NCBI GenBank assembly: GCA_048882325.1
Contig: JBHLRS010000005.1
Location: forward strand, 1 to 64,000
Source: Candidatus Thorarchaeota archaeon
GTDB taxonomy: Archaea; Asgardarchaeota; Thorarchaeia; Thorarchaeales; Thorarchaeaceae
Direction: 5' to 3'
Length of the DNA: 64,000 bases
Positions within the stretch are counted from its first letter, which is position 1. Each line of letters begins with the position of its first letter. Both the position numbers and the translations under genes were made by a program. Below are positions 10,036 to 18,793 of the stretch, one piece after another. A model generated the notes under the pieces. The model searched no databases and was not told the DNA's origin. It worked only from the letters and a program-made list of their open reading frames with translations.

Positions 10036-11199
10036 TCATGAAGCAGACCAAACAGCTAGTCTTTCAGTTGCCACCAACTCCTGCTGGTATAATTCATCAA
10101 GCAGAGACTCGACCCTAGAGAGAAGACTATTAAAATTCTCAACTTCAATGGTTGCACTCTCAATCAAGCCAGGAATATCAACTAGTCGCTCTTTCACATC
10201 CTCCAGGGCAGCAACACCTTTCTGTTCCATATCCCTATTGTTATGAACATAGATTTCACGAATGCTCGCAAGACTTGGCATATCATTAGGAGTGAGTTGT
10301 ATAGCGAGATGTGACCAAAGCTCACAGATATCATCGTAGAGCAGGGAAACACTCCGCAACTCCGGGTCTCTCATCACGCTTGATGCCTCTTTCAAGAACT
10401 GAGAATACATTCTGCGAAACAGTGACCCACCACTCCCTCCAACCTCGATATAGACAAAATGTTCAATCAAGGCTTGCAGTAATGTACGGTTGTCCGGGAG
10501 AATCTTTGGATACTTTCTGAGTTCTTTTTTCCATCGTAGGATGCCCCTGGCACCCATATTAGAGATTGGTGGATTGAGCATGAAGTCCATGTTCTCACGA
10601 ATTGCATAAGGGATAATTTCTTCCAGAGATATTGGTTCCTCAGGCATCGACACTTGCATCATCTTGTTCTTTGCAGGGAATGGATGAAACTCTGAAGCTC
10701 TAGCTTTCTGCAGACGTGATAGGGGGATAGTGATTGGAGTCGCGAAGCGATCTGATATAAAGGCCTCATCATTCTCCTCATCAATTCCATACACAAGAAT
10801 GGTGTGCATGCCAAAGTGGTCGTCCCCACCGAGGGATAGATAATCAAGGAACCCAAGATCTGCGCATACCAATGCAGGTTGATTCGTTACTAGCGTATCT
10901 CGAAGGTGTGAGTGAGCCCGCTTCACTGAGCTGGATTTCAGAACCTTCCATGACCCACCCAACCTATCAACTGCAAGACCCAAGATTGTGGGGAACCGAC
11001 CCCCATTCATCCCACCCACAAATGGCGTAGGCATCTGCTTCATTTTCCAGTAGATGAAACCTAGTCCCGAGCCAATGCCAACCAGCATCTCCTCAGAAAT
11101 TTTGTAGCCCATATGGTTGAGTAGCTTCCAAAGCGCGCTAGTCATGCAGTTTTTTCCATCTGGAAGATGCTCAAAGTCTAACATTATCTTTTCACTCAT
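10036..11199 (-). CDS. BtrH N-terminal domain / DUF4872-like protein (papain-like Cys-His)
   Basis: NCMTSAL, SEEMLVGIGSGLGF, HFGMHTILVYG, GGSGGSLFRRMYSQFL. Confidence 0.75.
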   Translation of the reverse strand: MSEKIMLDFEHLPDGKNCMTSALWKLLNHMGYKISEEMLVGIGSGLGFIYWKMKQMPTPFVGGMNGGRFPTILGLAVDRLGGSWKVLKSSSVKRAHSHLRDTLVTNQPALVCADLGFLDYLSLGGDDHFGMHTILVYGIDEENDEAFISDRFATPITIPLSRLQKARASEFHPFPAKNKMMQVSMPEEPISLEEIIPYAIRENMDFMLNPPISNMGARGILRWKKELRKYPKILPDNRTLLQALIEHFVYIEVGGSGGSLFRRMYSQFLKEASSVMRDPELRSVSLLYDDICELWSHLAIQLTPNDMPSLASIREIYVHNNRDMEQKGVAALEDVKERLVDIPGLIESATIEVENFNSLLSRVESLLDELYQQELVATERLAVWSAS

Positions 11200-11203
11200 C
11201 AAA

Positions 11204-11857
11204 TCACCTCTTACTGGCTTGTTTGAAAGCGAACCCATCTCCATTCTGGACTTGTATGATAAATGATTCAAGCCAAGCTATCTGACATCGAACAGACCAC
11301 GCAGGACGGTCAAAAAGAGCACGTACAGCACCAATGTTCTTCATATTGTCAAACTCCTCAACTGTGATCTGTCCAACCAGACTATCAGGAGCATCTCTCT
11401 GAAGCCTTTCGATATTGTCAAAGTTCTGGACATTGGACTCCAAGAACTTCAAACCTCGCTCGAGATTTGCCTTGTAGGTGTTGAGTGCTTCAAGAACTTC
11501 GTCTTGTGTCAATAGACTCATAGAGGAGACTCCGAGGTCAAAGAGTGTCTTTGGACTTGGTGGATTGCTAAGACACATCTTGACCTGCGTGTGTAGGAGG
11601 TTCCGACCTTTTCTTGTCAGTCGATAGGTCTTCTTGGATGTTTTCACAGATACATCCTTCTTCTGTCCGTTAATTAGACCACGTTTCTCGAGTTCTGAGA
11701 GTGCTTTGTATACTGAGGAGAATCGCAGGTCTACCCACTCACGGTATCCGAACTTCTCAATGATGTTGTTGATTTCGTACCCATATTCCGCACCCTCTCC
11801 AATAATAGTCAGAACAGCAAGATAGGTTGAAGGAAGGAATTCTTCTGTGTCGGACAT
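11204..11857 (-). CDS. PadR family transcriptional regulator
   Basis: YGYEINNIIE...SSVYKALSELEKRGLI...KKTYRLTRKG. Confidence 0.88.
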   Translation of the reverse strand: MSDTEEFLPSTYLAVLTIIGEGAEYGYEINNIIEKFGYREWVDLRFSSVYKALSELEKRGLINGQKKDVSVKTSKKTYRLTRKGRNLLHTQVKMCLSNPPSPKTLFDLGVSSMSLLTQDEVLEALNTYKANLERGLKFLESNVQNFDNIERLQRDAPDSLVGQITVEEFDNMKNIGAVRALFDRPAWSVRCQIAWLESFIIQVQNGDGFAFKQASKR

Positions 11858-11871
11858 CGCAATCACATTAA

Positions 11872-11911
11872 TTATTATACCAGTAGAATGATTTTATTAT
11901 ACCAGTAGAAT
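11872..11911. promoter_or_regulatory. Two 18-bp direct repeats, each an imperfect palindrome; probable PadR operators
   Basis: TTATTATACCAGTAGAAT at 11872-11889 and 11894-11911 (22-bp period) between divergent genes. Confidence 0.7.
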
Positions 11912-11964
11912 AGTTATAAGTGTTATGAAACCGTAATCAGAAATGTTAATGTCAGGGAATTCTG

Positions 11965-14355
11965 ATGAGGAAACTAATGGCGATAGAGAAACACCGAACA
12001 GCCTGCGCGCTGAATTGTCCTGACATCTGTGCTTACATAGTGCATATTGAGGATGGAAAGATTGTACGTCTAGAGGGAGATCCTCAGCACCCATATACGT
12101 TGGGCCGTTGTTGTCCCAAGGGGTATGCGCATGTCCTCAGAATGTATTATGACGATAGACTTCTCTATCCTCAGAGAAAGCAAGAGGATGGATCATTCGA
12201 GAGAATGTCATGGTATGAGGCATTCGACGAGATAGCCCACAACATGAGATTGGCTCGAGAACATTATGGGCCACAGAGTGTAGGTATCTATTCTGGATCG
12301 GGTAATGATGGCATGGCACCTAGATATGCAGCAAGGTTCTCAAACGCCTTCGGTTGCAGGATGATTCCAGGCATCGTTGAGATATGCTTCGAGGGCGCCT
12401 ATGAGGGAGCAAGATTCAATGTGGGTCCATTTCCGCCGCATGAACTTCAGGACTGGGCTAACTCAAAATGCATCGTCATATGGGGTACCAACAAGTTCGA
12501 GTCTAGTATACACTCAAAGAGGGTTATCCAAGAGGCTATCGATAATGGAGCAAAGCTGATAGTCATCGATCCAAGAAAGACCCCTTACGCAAAGATAGCA
12601 GACTTATACACGACAATACGACCTGGTACAGATGCAGCTTTGGCACTAGGAATGGCTAGTGAGATCATTCGCAGAGAACTCTACGACCATGAATTTGTCA
12701 AGAAGCATGTCCATGGATTTGAGGAGTACAAGGCACGAGTGTCAGAGTATGACACTAAAAAGGTCAGCGAAGTCACCTGGGTCAAAGAGAGCATGATCAA
12801 GGAGTTGGCAACTGTCTTCGCTACCCATGGACCAGCTCTTATCACGACTGCACCAGCAGGCATGAACCATTACACAAATGGGACTTGGGCGGCTAGAGCA
12901 GTCCACAGTCTCCTTGCCATCTGTGGTTACCTTGGGGTTTCTGGTGGAGGATTTCAATATCTATCTTCTGACAATAGCCCCTTTAATGGAGCGGCCGTTG
13001 CGTTACCAGATCTTCTAGACCCATCGATTAAGCCCGTCGTTCCCTCTGGAACATATGTTCCTGAGTTTGTTTTAAGCCGTGAAGACAGTCCACTCAAGGT
13101 CTTCGTCATCCAAGCTGCAAGTCCCATGACCCAATGGCCGAATACAAACAAGGTAAAGGAAGCCCTGGATAAGATTCCATTCAAGGTGTGCATTGATTTA
13201 GAGATGACTGATACAGCTCAACTCTGTGACATAGTCCTCCCTGCAACATTCATCTTTGAGCATCACAACTTGGTACATTCTGAACTCCACCGAATCGTGC
13301 AGTACGCACCCAAACTGGTGGATCCACTTGGTGAAGTCAAGAGTGAATTGGACATCTGGAAGGGAGTGGCTGAGAAACTTGGGCTAGGCAAGTATTTTCA
13401 GCTGACAGAACTTGATGCAATCAGACTAGCACTTCAGAGTGAAGACTGTAGAGATATCACCCTTGAGAAACTACTTGAGAAACCCGAGGGAATACGGACA
13501 AGAAGTCCAGGAATCCCATTCTCAGATAGGAAATTCAAAACAAGGACCGGGAAGGTTCACCTTTATGCTTCGGAGCTTGAGGAGGAGGGTTTAGATCCAC
13601 TTCCATTCCATGAAGAACCTTTCGAGAGTCCCGTAGCGACACCATGGGTTTCTGAGGAGTACCCATTGATAATGATCACAGGTCGCCTCCGAGAACGACT
13701 ACATTCTCAATACACAACAGTTGAGGTCGGAGGTTCTGTCAAGAGCTTTGCGCATTGTACTACATGCAAGAAATGTGTTGATGAGTGCCCCGATGAAGCT
13801 ATTACTTTGACACAGCCAAGCACTAGCCTTATGCAGCAGGATTCAGAACATGCTCCTGAGGAGCCAGCTAGACTCAGGAAAAAACTCAGCACACTTGTTG
13901 GCGAATTAGCTGTGCAAGTAACAGATGAGAAGCTTGACATACCAGCCAATATCACAGGACTGCTTATTCCGGTTTGGGATGAGAAGAAATGTATCGGATG
14001 TCGAGAGTGTGCTGTTGATGTCTGTCCCTATGATGTAGTGACTGAACCGATAAAGATGCCCACTAAAGGTGAAGCTGGTAAGCATAGAGCGTTCTTGAGG
14101 ATGCATCCTGACACAGCAGTGAAACTTAGTCTTAATGATGGAGACCGGGTTGATGTCGAATCGAAGAGAGGGGTCGTTAAAAACATGCGACTTGAATTGA
14201 CGCCAGACATCGATCCTAGAGTAGTCTGGTCATCAGATGGATGGTGGCAAGAGGATGGAAACATCAACCTCCTCACAAAAGACCTTCATACAGCTTTTGG
14301 GCACACACCTGGATTCAACTCTGTCCTCGTACGAGTGAGTCACTCCAAGATTTAG
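11965..14355 (+). CDS. Mo/W-bisPGD oxidoreductase (DMSO reductase family) with inserted 2[4Fe-4S] ferredoxin
   Basis: N-terminal CALNCPDIC...CPKG cluster; IDPRKT, IRPGTDAALA, DIVLPAT, HSQY...MHPDTA; insert with CTTCKKCVDECP and CIGCRECAVDVCP; no Tat signal seen. Confidence 0.9.
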   Translation: MRKLMAIEKHRTACALNCPDICAYIVHIEDGKIVRLEGDPQHPYTLGRCCPKGYAHVLRMYYDDRLLYPQRKQEDGSFERMSWYEAFDEIAHNMRLAREHYGPQSVGIYSGSGNDGMAPRYAARFSNAFGCRMIPGIVEICFEGAYEGARFNVGPFPPHELQDWANSKCIVIWGTNKFESSIHSKRVIQEAIDNGAKLIVIDPRKTPYAKIADLYTTIRPGTDAALALGMASEIIRRELYDHEFVKKHVHGFEEYKARVSEYDTKKVSEVTWVKESMIKELATVFATHGPALITTAPAGMNHYTNGTWAARAVHSLLAICGYLGVSGGGFQYLSSDNSPFNGAAVALPDLLDPSIKPVVPSGTYVPEFVLSREDSPLKVFVIQAASPMTQWPNTNKVKEALDKIPFKVCIDLEMTDTAQLCDIVLPATFIFEHHNLVHSELHRIVQYAPKLVDPLGEVKSELDIWKGVAEKLGLGKYFQLTELDAIRLALQSEDCRDITLEKLLEKPEGIRTRSPGIPFSDRKFKTRTGKVHLYASELEEEGLDPLPFHEEPFESPVATPWVSEEYPLIMITGRLRERLHSQYTTVEVGGSVKSFAHCTTCKKCVDECPDEAITLTQPSTSLMQQDSEHAPEEPARLRKKLSTLVGELAVQVTDEKLDIPANITGLLIPVWDEKKCIGCRECAVDVCPYDVVTEPIKMPTKGEAGKHRAFLRMHPDTAVKLSLNDGDRVDVESKRGVVKNMRLELTPDIDPRVVWSSDGWWQEDGNINLLTKDLHTAFGHTPGFNSVLVRVSHSKI

Positions 14356-14840
14356 AATACCTTGTGATCCTCGGAAGGCGGCCAGTAGCCTAATGCTTGC
14401 CTTGTAGCTACAATCTCGCCCATGTGGTATGCATTGTGCTGACCAAAGACCATCAGTGCTCGAAATAGTGGAACCTTAGGCCAAGAGGGTAGATCTTCCA
14501 TTGATTCAACATTCTCGGTCATCTCATAGGCCTCATCCACACCTTCCTTGAAGTGTTGGACAAGCTCCTCCCAATTCTTACCATCTTTGGGCAGCTCTTT
14601 CAACCAGCTTAGTTCATTGTTTTTTGGCCAATCCACGTTCTTTTTCCCTCTTAGTGCCTCAAGCATAAAGTCCTGCCAAAACACAATGTGATAGAGGATG
14701 TGCCAGCACGAATGCTCACTGTTGCCGGGAACTTCTGCAGCCATCTCAGGCGTTAGATTCTTCAATGCCTCTATTGGATGGACATGAATGTACTCACCCT
14801 TTATCGAGTTCTTCAATGATGCAGTCAATACTCCGAACAT
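14352..14840 (-). CDS. DinB/YfiT-like protein
   Basis: HSCWHILYHIVFW and HNAYHMGEI His motifs. Confidence 0.85.
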   Translation of the reverse strand: MFGVLTASLKNSIKGEYIHVHPIEALKNLTPEMAAEVPGNSEHSCWHILYHIVFWQDFMLEALRGKKNVDWPKNNELSWLKELPKDGKNWEELVQHFKEGVDEAYEMTENVESMEDLPSWPKVPLFRALMVFGQHNAYHMGEIVATRQALGYWPPSEDHKVF

Positions 14841-14894
14841 GTCTAGACGGATGCAGAAGAACCAAATGAATGTACCCGATTAGGCGACAACCCA

Positions 14895-15035
14895 TCAAAC
14901 TAGATCTGGTCCTACCTCGAGCAGAAACTCTTCTGAGCAATTCTGACACTTCACATATCCACTCTCGTCCATAGAGGACAGGGCGTATGCATATCTGGCC
15001 ATGCAGTTTGGACACTTCCCACTCCTATAATCCGA
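14895..15035 (-). pseudogene. Zinc-ribbon domain in frame beyond the TAA stop of 15036..15662
   Basis: Reads SDYRSGKCPNCMARYAYALSSMDESGYVKCQNCSEEFLLEVGPDLV*; same CxxC...CQNC pattern as the gene's N-terminus. Confidence 0.7.
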
Positions 15036-15662
15036 TTATATTTCGCCTACAGTATCATCCCTTACTATTTGGAACTGCAAGGCAATAGCCCTAAAGACAT
15101 ATCCGTAGAAGAAGGTGAATATACCAATGTCTAGGATAACCAGTAGTGAGTATGCAAAGATCATTAGCGGTAACAAAAGCAGACTTAGGACAAACATCAG
15201 GATGAAGATAACACCACCCTGTGCGATGACACTCTGAGCATCAGATTTCAGATTTAAGCCCCAGATAGCACTTGCCAGTCCTATATTCACTCCGCCCAGC
15301 ATTGCGGTTAGAACTATGAAAGCTATAACCAGTCCAATTAGCCCTCCAGCGACTGCAAAGATGACATTGATTAATCCAAAGATCACAGCGATGAAGAACG
15401 TTAGGAGTGAAAATACAAATCCGTGGGCGTACAGTTTAACCACGGTCATCATAGTCCCTTCAGTTCTTTGTTCATCTGGCACATAAGATTCCTCTGGAGC
15501 CTTTTCTTGAGCGACAGTCACTGTCTGTCCTTCAGCTCGTATCAAGCGACCGCAATTCTGGCAACTTACCTGTCCTTCAGGATTCAGATCTGATGTGTTA
15601 TACGTATATGTTGCATTACAGTTTGGACATCTCAAGGAAAACCGTTCATTAGATAATGACAT
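15036..15662 (-). CDS. Zinc-ribbon membrane protein
   Basis: CPNC...CQNC at the N-terminus followed by about 4 TM helices. Confidence 0.8.
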   Translation of the reverse strand: MSLSNERFSLRCPNCNATYTYNTSDLNPEGQVSCQNCGRLIRAEGQTVTVAQEKAPEESYVPDEQRTEGTMMTVVKLYAHGFVFSLLTFFIAVIFGLINVIFAVAGGLIGLVIAFIVLTAMLGGVNIGLASAIWGLNLKSDAQSVIAQGGVIFILMFVLSLLLLPLMIFAYSLLVILDIGIFTFFYGYVFRAIALQFQIVRDDTVGEI

Positions 15663-15815
15663 GAATCATTCCTCCCTACCCGTTTAATCATCATATCAAG
15701 TGACAATTCACTTTCGAGAGATATAAAGTGTAGCACCCTTGTTTCTCTGAGTTCTCTAGGTGTCTTATTATCTGATAGAATATTATTGGAGCGAAGTGAA
15801 TCTAAAAGTAGTAAA

Positions 15816-16190
15816 TCAGTCCCACATGACGTGAAACCCCGAAGGCAAGTAAGGTAGCAGCTCTACAGTAAAGAGAAGTGCCAGTAGAATAATGAAAATG
15901 AAAATCACAACAAGCACAACCACATTGAGAGACTTGTGACGAGATTCCTCAATTTGGTATTGGAGATTATCTATTGGGTCAAGGGATTCCTCTCCTACAT
16001 TCATTAGCTGCGCACAGTTTTGACATCTCACTTGTCCATTCGAGTTAATCTTACTGCTGAAATAGATGTAATGAGCGTGGCACCTTGGACAACGCTGATG
16101 AAATTTCGCATCCTGAGTCGATATCTCGAATTCCTCCAAACCAACTGTCCTAACACATAGACTAAGTTTCGAGAGGTTATAATCCTTCAA
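15816..16190 (-). CDS. Zinc-ribbon protein with C-terminal TM helix
   Basis: CPRC...CQNC plus a long hydrophobic helix; start uncertain. Confidence 0.65.
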   Translation of the reverse strand: MKDYNLSKLSLCVRTVGLEEFEISTQDAKFHQRCPRCHAHYIYFSSKINSNGQVRCQNCAQLMNVGEESLDPIDNLQYQIEESRHKSLNVVVLVVIFIFIILLALLFTVELLPYLPSGFHVMWD

Positions 16191-16256
16191 AACTTTGATG
16201 CATCACAGTGAAACCTATATCTTATTGCTCAATGGCTTAATTACGGAGACCAAACG

Positions 16257-16658
16257 ATGTCCTCAGGCAAACGAATCGCAACTATGATCATCGGTATGAT
16301 TGTGATGGTTGGCGGGTTCTTCGGTGGTTTTATGCAGTTCTTCTGGATAGACACGCACGATGTTGGATCTATACTATTCTATGTGATGGTTGTCCCAATG
16401 GTTAGCTTTCTCATCGGTGCGGGAATCATGATGTATGGAATGAAGGACTCAATATCTATGAGAGGTTTCGGACTCTTTGGCGCTATGGCCTCAGCAAATG
16501 AAGCACCAAAGGAGAAATCATATGTTCATGAGCCGCCCAGATTCTGTTCTGACTGCGGTGCAAGTCTGAGCTCTGAGGAGATTGAATGGGTTGGGCCACT
16601 AAGTGTGAAGTGTCCATATTGCGGTGCAACTCATGCTACAGAGAAACGAGAAGTCTAG
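16257..16658 (+). CDS. 2-TM protein with C-terminal zinc ribbon
   Basis: Two TM helices then CSDC...CPYC; GGAG RBS. Confidence 0.8.
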   Translation: MSSGKRIATMIIGMIVMVGGFFGGFMQFFWIDTHDVGSILFYVMVVPMVSFLIGAGIMMYGMKDSISMRGFGLFGAMASANEAPKEKSYVHEPPRFCSDCGASLSSEEIEWVGPLSVKCPYCGATHATEKREV

Positions 16659-16659
16659 A

Positions 16660-17595
16660 CTAGGGCCCTTCTAGGAATAGCCGCTCCATTTTCTCACTGA
16701 CCCTCTCGTGTGTGTATCCCTCTAGAATAATCTCCCGAAGTGACTTCTTCAATTCAAGTCTGTCTTCAGGAGACCTACTTCTCATATCTTCAATCAAGTC
16801 AATAAGCTCAGAGTCATATACGTAGGTTAGTTCTTCAGGGGTGAACTCAAGCACGCAAGGAATCCTGTGGACCAAGGGGATCATTCCAGAAAGCATAGCT
16901 TCTGCTATCGCCACACCAAATGACTCATCTAAAGCATGGTGAATATAGTATTCTTTGTCCCATTGCCATTCAGGAAAGCTCACATCTGGTTCAAGTATGT
17001 GACCGAGTCCGAATCTCTCATTCGCCTCAATGAGTATCCTGTCTTCAGCACTGTAACCACCGATGTAAATCGGATAGTCCTTGAGAGCAAGCATCAAGCT
17101 GTAGATTCGCTTTCTCGGAGTAGGTAGTGCCCAAGCACAGATCTTCCCTGTGTCAGATGGTTTGAATGGCCATTTCTTATCATCAACTCCGGGAGGTATC
17201 ACCACAATCGGCACCTCTTTGGGAATCATCTCTCGCAGTAAACCAGCATAATGCTCAGACACACCGACAACAGCTGCAACATTAGACCAATTCACTCCTT
17301 CGAACAGCTTTGGAAAGTCAAGCTCTGTCCGGTGAATCCTCATGAAGACAGGTTTCTTGGAGTGATGGGTCACCTTCTGACCAACCTCACTAAGAAAGTC
17401 CACGAACACAACGTCAGCTGATTTTGAAACCGATCTAATCCTGCGCGGGAGGTTCAGATACCACCAGCCTTTGGTAAGTAGTGGTCTAACTCTGAATGAA
17501 CTCTCTTTTGGCATCGAGTAGACAGTCGTATCGAACCTGTCAGTCCATTTCAAGAATGTTGTATTGTTTGTGAAAACTGCGAGCTTCTGAGTCAT
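16660..17595 (-). CDS. Glycosyltransferase family 4 (GT-B)
   Basis: VVIPPGVD and ESFGVAIAEAMLSG signature. Confidence 0.85.
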   Translation of the reverse strand: MTQKLAVFTNNTTFLKWTDRFDTTVYSMPKESSFRVRPLLTKGWWYLNLPRRIRSVSKSADVVFVDFLSEVGQKVTHHSKKPVFMRIHRTELDFPKLFEGVNWSNVAAVVGVSEHYAGLLREMIPKEVPIVVIPPGVDDKKWPFKPSDTGKICAWALPTPRKRIYSLMLALKDYPIYIGGYSAEDRILIEANERFGLGHILEPDVSFPEWQWDKEYYIHHALDESFGVAIAEAMLSGMIPLVHRIPCVLEFTPEELTYVYDSELIDLIEDMRSRSPEDRLELKKSLREIILEGYTHERVSEKMERLFLEGP

Positions 17596-17668
17596 TTGAA
17601 TCAAACACGCGAATCAAAGGCGAACACCTTATCATTCTTTCTCAATCTGAGGGAAATCTCATAGTAAT

Positions 17669-18682
17669 CTAGGAGAATTTGGTCACATCCCAGATGGCAA
17701 CTATTCCCATACCTGCAGTTGCTAGAAGGTTTCCATCCTTATTCCATTGAGCTGCAAACACTGGGCCAGGATGACGGAGCACTGCGATTTCACCCTCAAG
17801 ATTCCAGAGACGGGCTGTTCCATCAAATGACGCTGATGCTATTACATTACGAGTGGGACTCCACCGCACATGGTAGACAGAGCTAGTGTGATCATCAAGA
17901 GAGGATACTCTATCTCCATTTGAATCCCAAATAGCGATCTCTCCGTCCTTGAAACCACTGGATGTGGCCAGATAATTGCCATCTTTGCTCCAGCCAATTC
18001 CAAACACTCGGTCTCTATGACCTTTCAGGAGAGCCACTGATTTCCCATTCCGCCATAATTGAGCTGTCTTATCATACGAACCTGTTGCCAGAAAGTCGTC
18101 TTGCTGGGGATTCCAACTCAAGGATGCCAAGGCTCCTTTGTGTTCCAAGGTGTTAATAGTTTCACCTTTAGAACTCCAAAGTTTCACAGTCTTGTCGGCA
18201 GATCCAGTGGCGACAGTGGAACCATTTGGACTCCACTCAATCATCGTAACTGCACCTTTATGTCCGGTCAGCTTTGTAAGCGTTTCATAATCCGTCCAAA
18301 TAATACCGGTCTTGTCTCCCGAGCAAGATGCCAAGATGCTTGTGGCAGGATTCCAAGAGAGTGAGTAGATCACATTCTTGTGGCCCATTAATGAGGCTTC
18401 AAACCTGTCATTCTTCCAGAGCATGATTGACTTATCTCGACCTGCTGAAGCTAGAGTTGAACCATCATGACTCCAAGCCATAGCAGAGACCGCTGCAGTG
18501 TGTGAGTCCTGGCAGATCTTCTCTTTTCGCATTTCAATTATTGAAACTGTTCCATCATCTTTGCCAATAGCCAAGCTCTTCCCATCTGGAGACCAGGCTA
18601 TCATTGCAGTCTTGTCTTTAGGGAGTTTGATTAGTATGTCAGATTCCTTGGTCATGTCGCGGTCTATTGGGGTTGCCTTCAT
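17669..18682 (-). CDS. WD40 repeat beta-propeller protein
   Basis: About 7-8 repeats of the type GH..V..L.WSP.G..LAS.S.DKT..LW, ending in WD. Confidence 0.92.
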   Translation of the reverse strand: MKATPIDRDMTKESDILIKLPKDKTAMIAWSPDGKSLAIGKDDGTVSIIEMRKEKICQDSHTAAVSAMAWSHDGSTLASAGRDKSIMLWKNDRFEASLMGHKNVIYSLSWNPATSILASCSGDKTGIIWTDYETLTKLTGHKGAVTMIEWSPNGSTVATGSADKTVKLWSSKGETINTLEHKGALASLSWNPQQDDFLATGSYDKTAQLWRNGKSVALLKGHRDRVFGIGWSKDGNYLATSSGFKDGEIAIWDSNGDRVSSLDDHTSSVYHVRWSPTRNVIASASFDGTARLWNLEGEIAVLRHPGPVFAAQWNKDGNLLATAGMGIVAIWDVTKFS

Positions 18683-18793
18683 CTGGCCAACATTCCATCT
18701 TAACAATAGTTGATTATTGAGTTATGAAAACGAGTAATAAAATTTGAGTTCGATGAGTTTATGAGTAAGTTTGATTAGGACATCTCAGGATGG

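Noticed and set aside
11872-11911. CRISPR array
   Set aside because: Only two 18-bp repeats with a 4-bp spacer and no cas genes; fits an operator
14794-15015. 73-aa ORF in the track
   Set aside because: Wrong frame; the real signal is the zinc ribbon in the frame of 15036..15662
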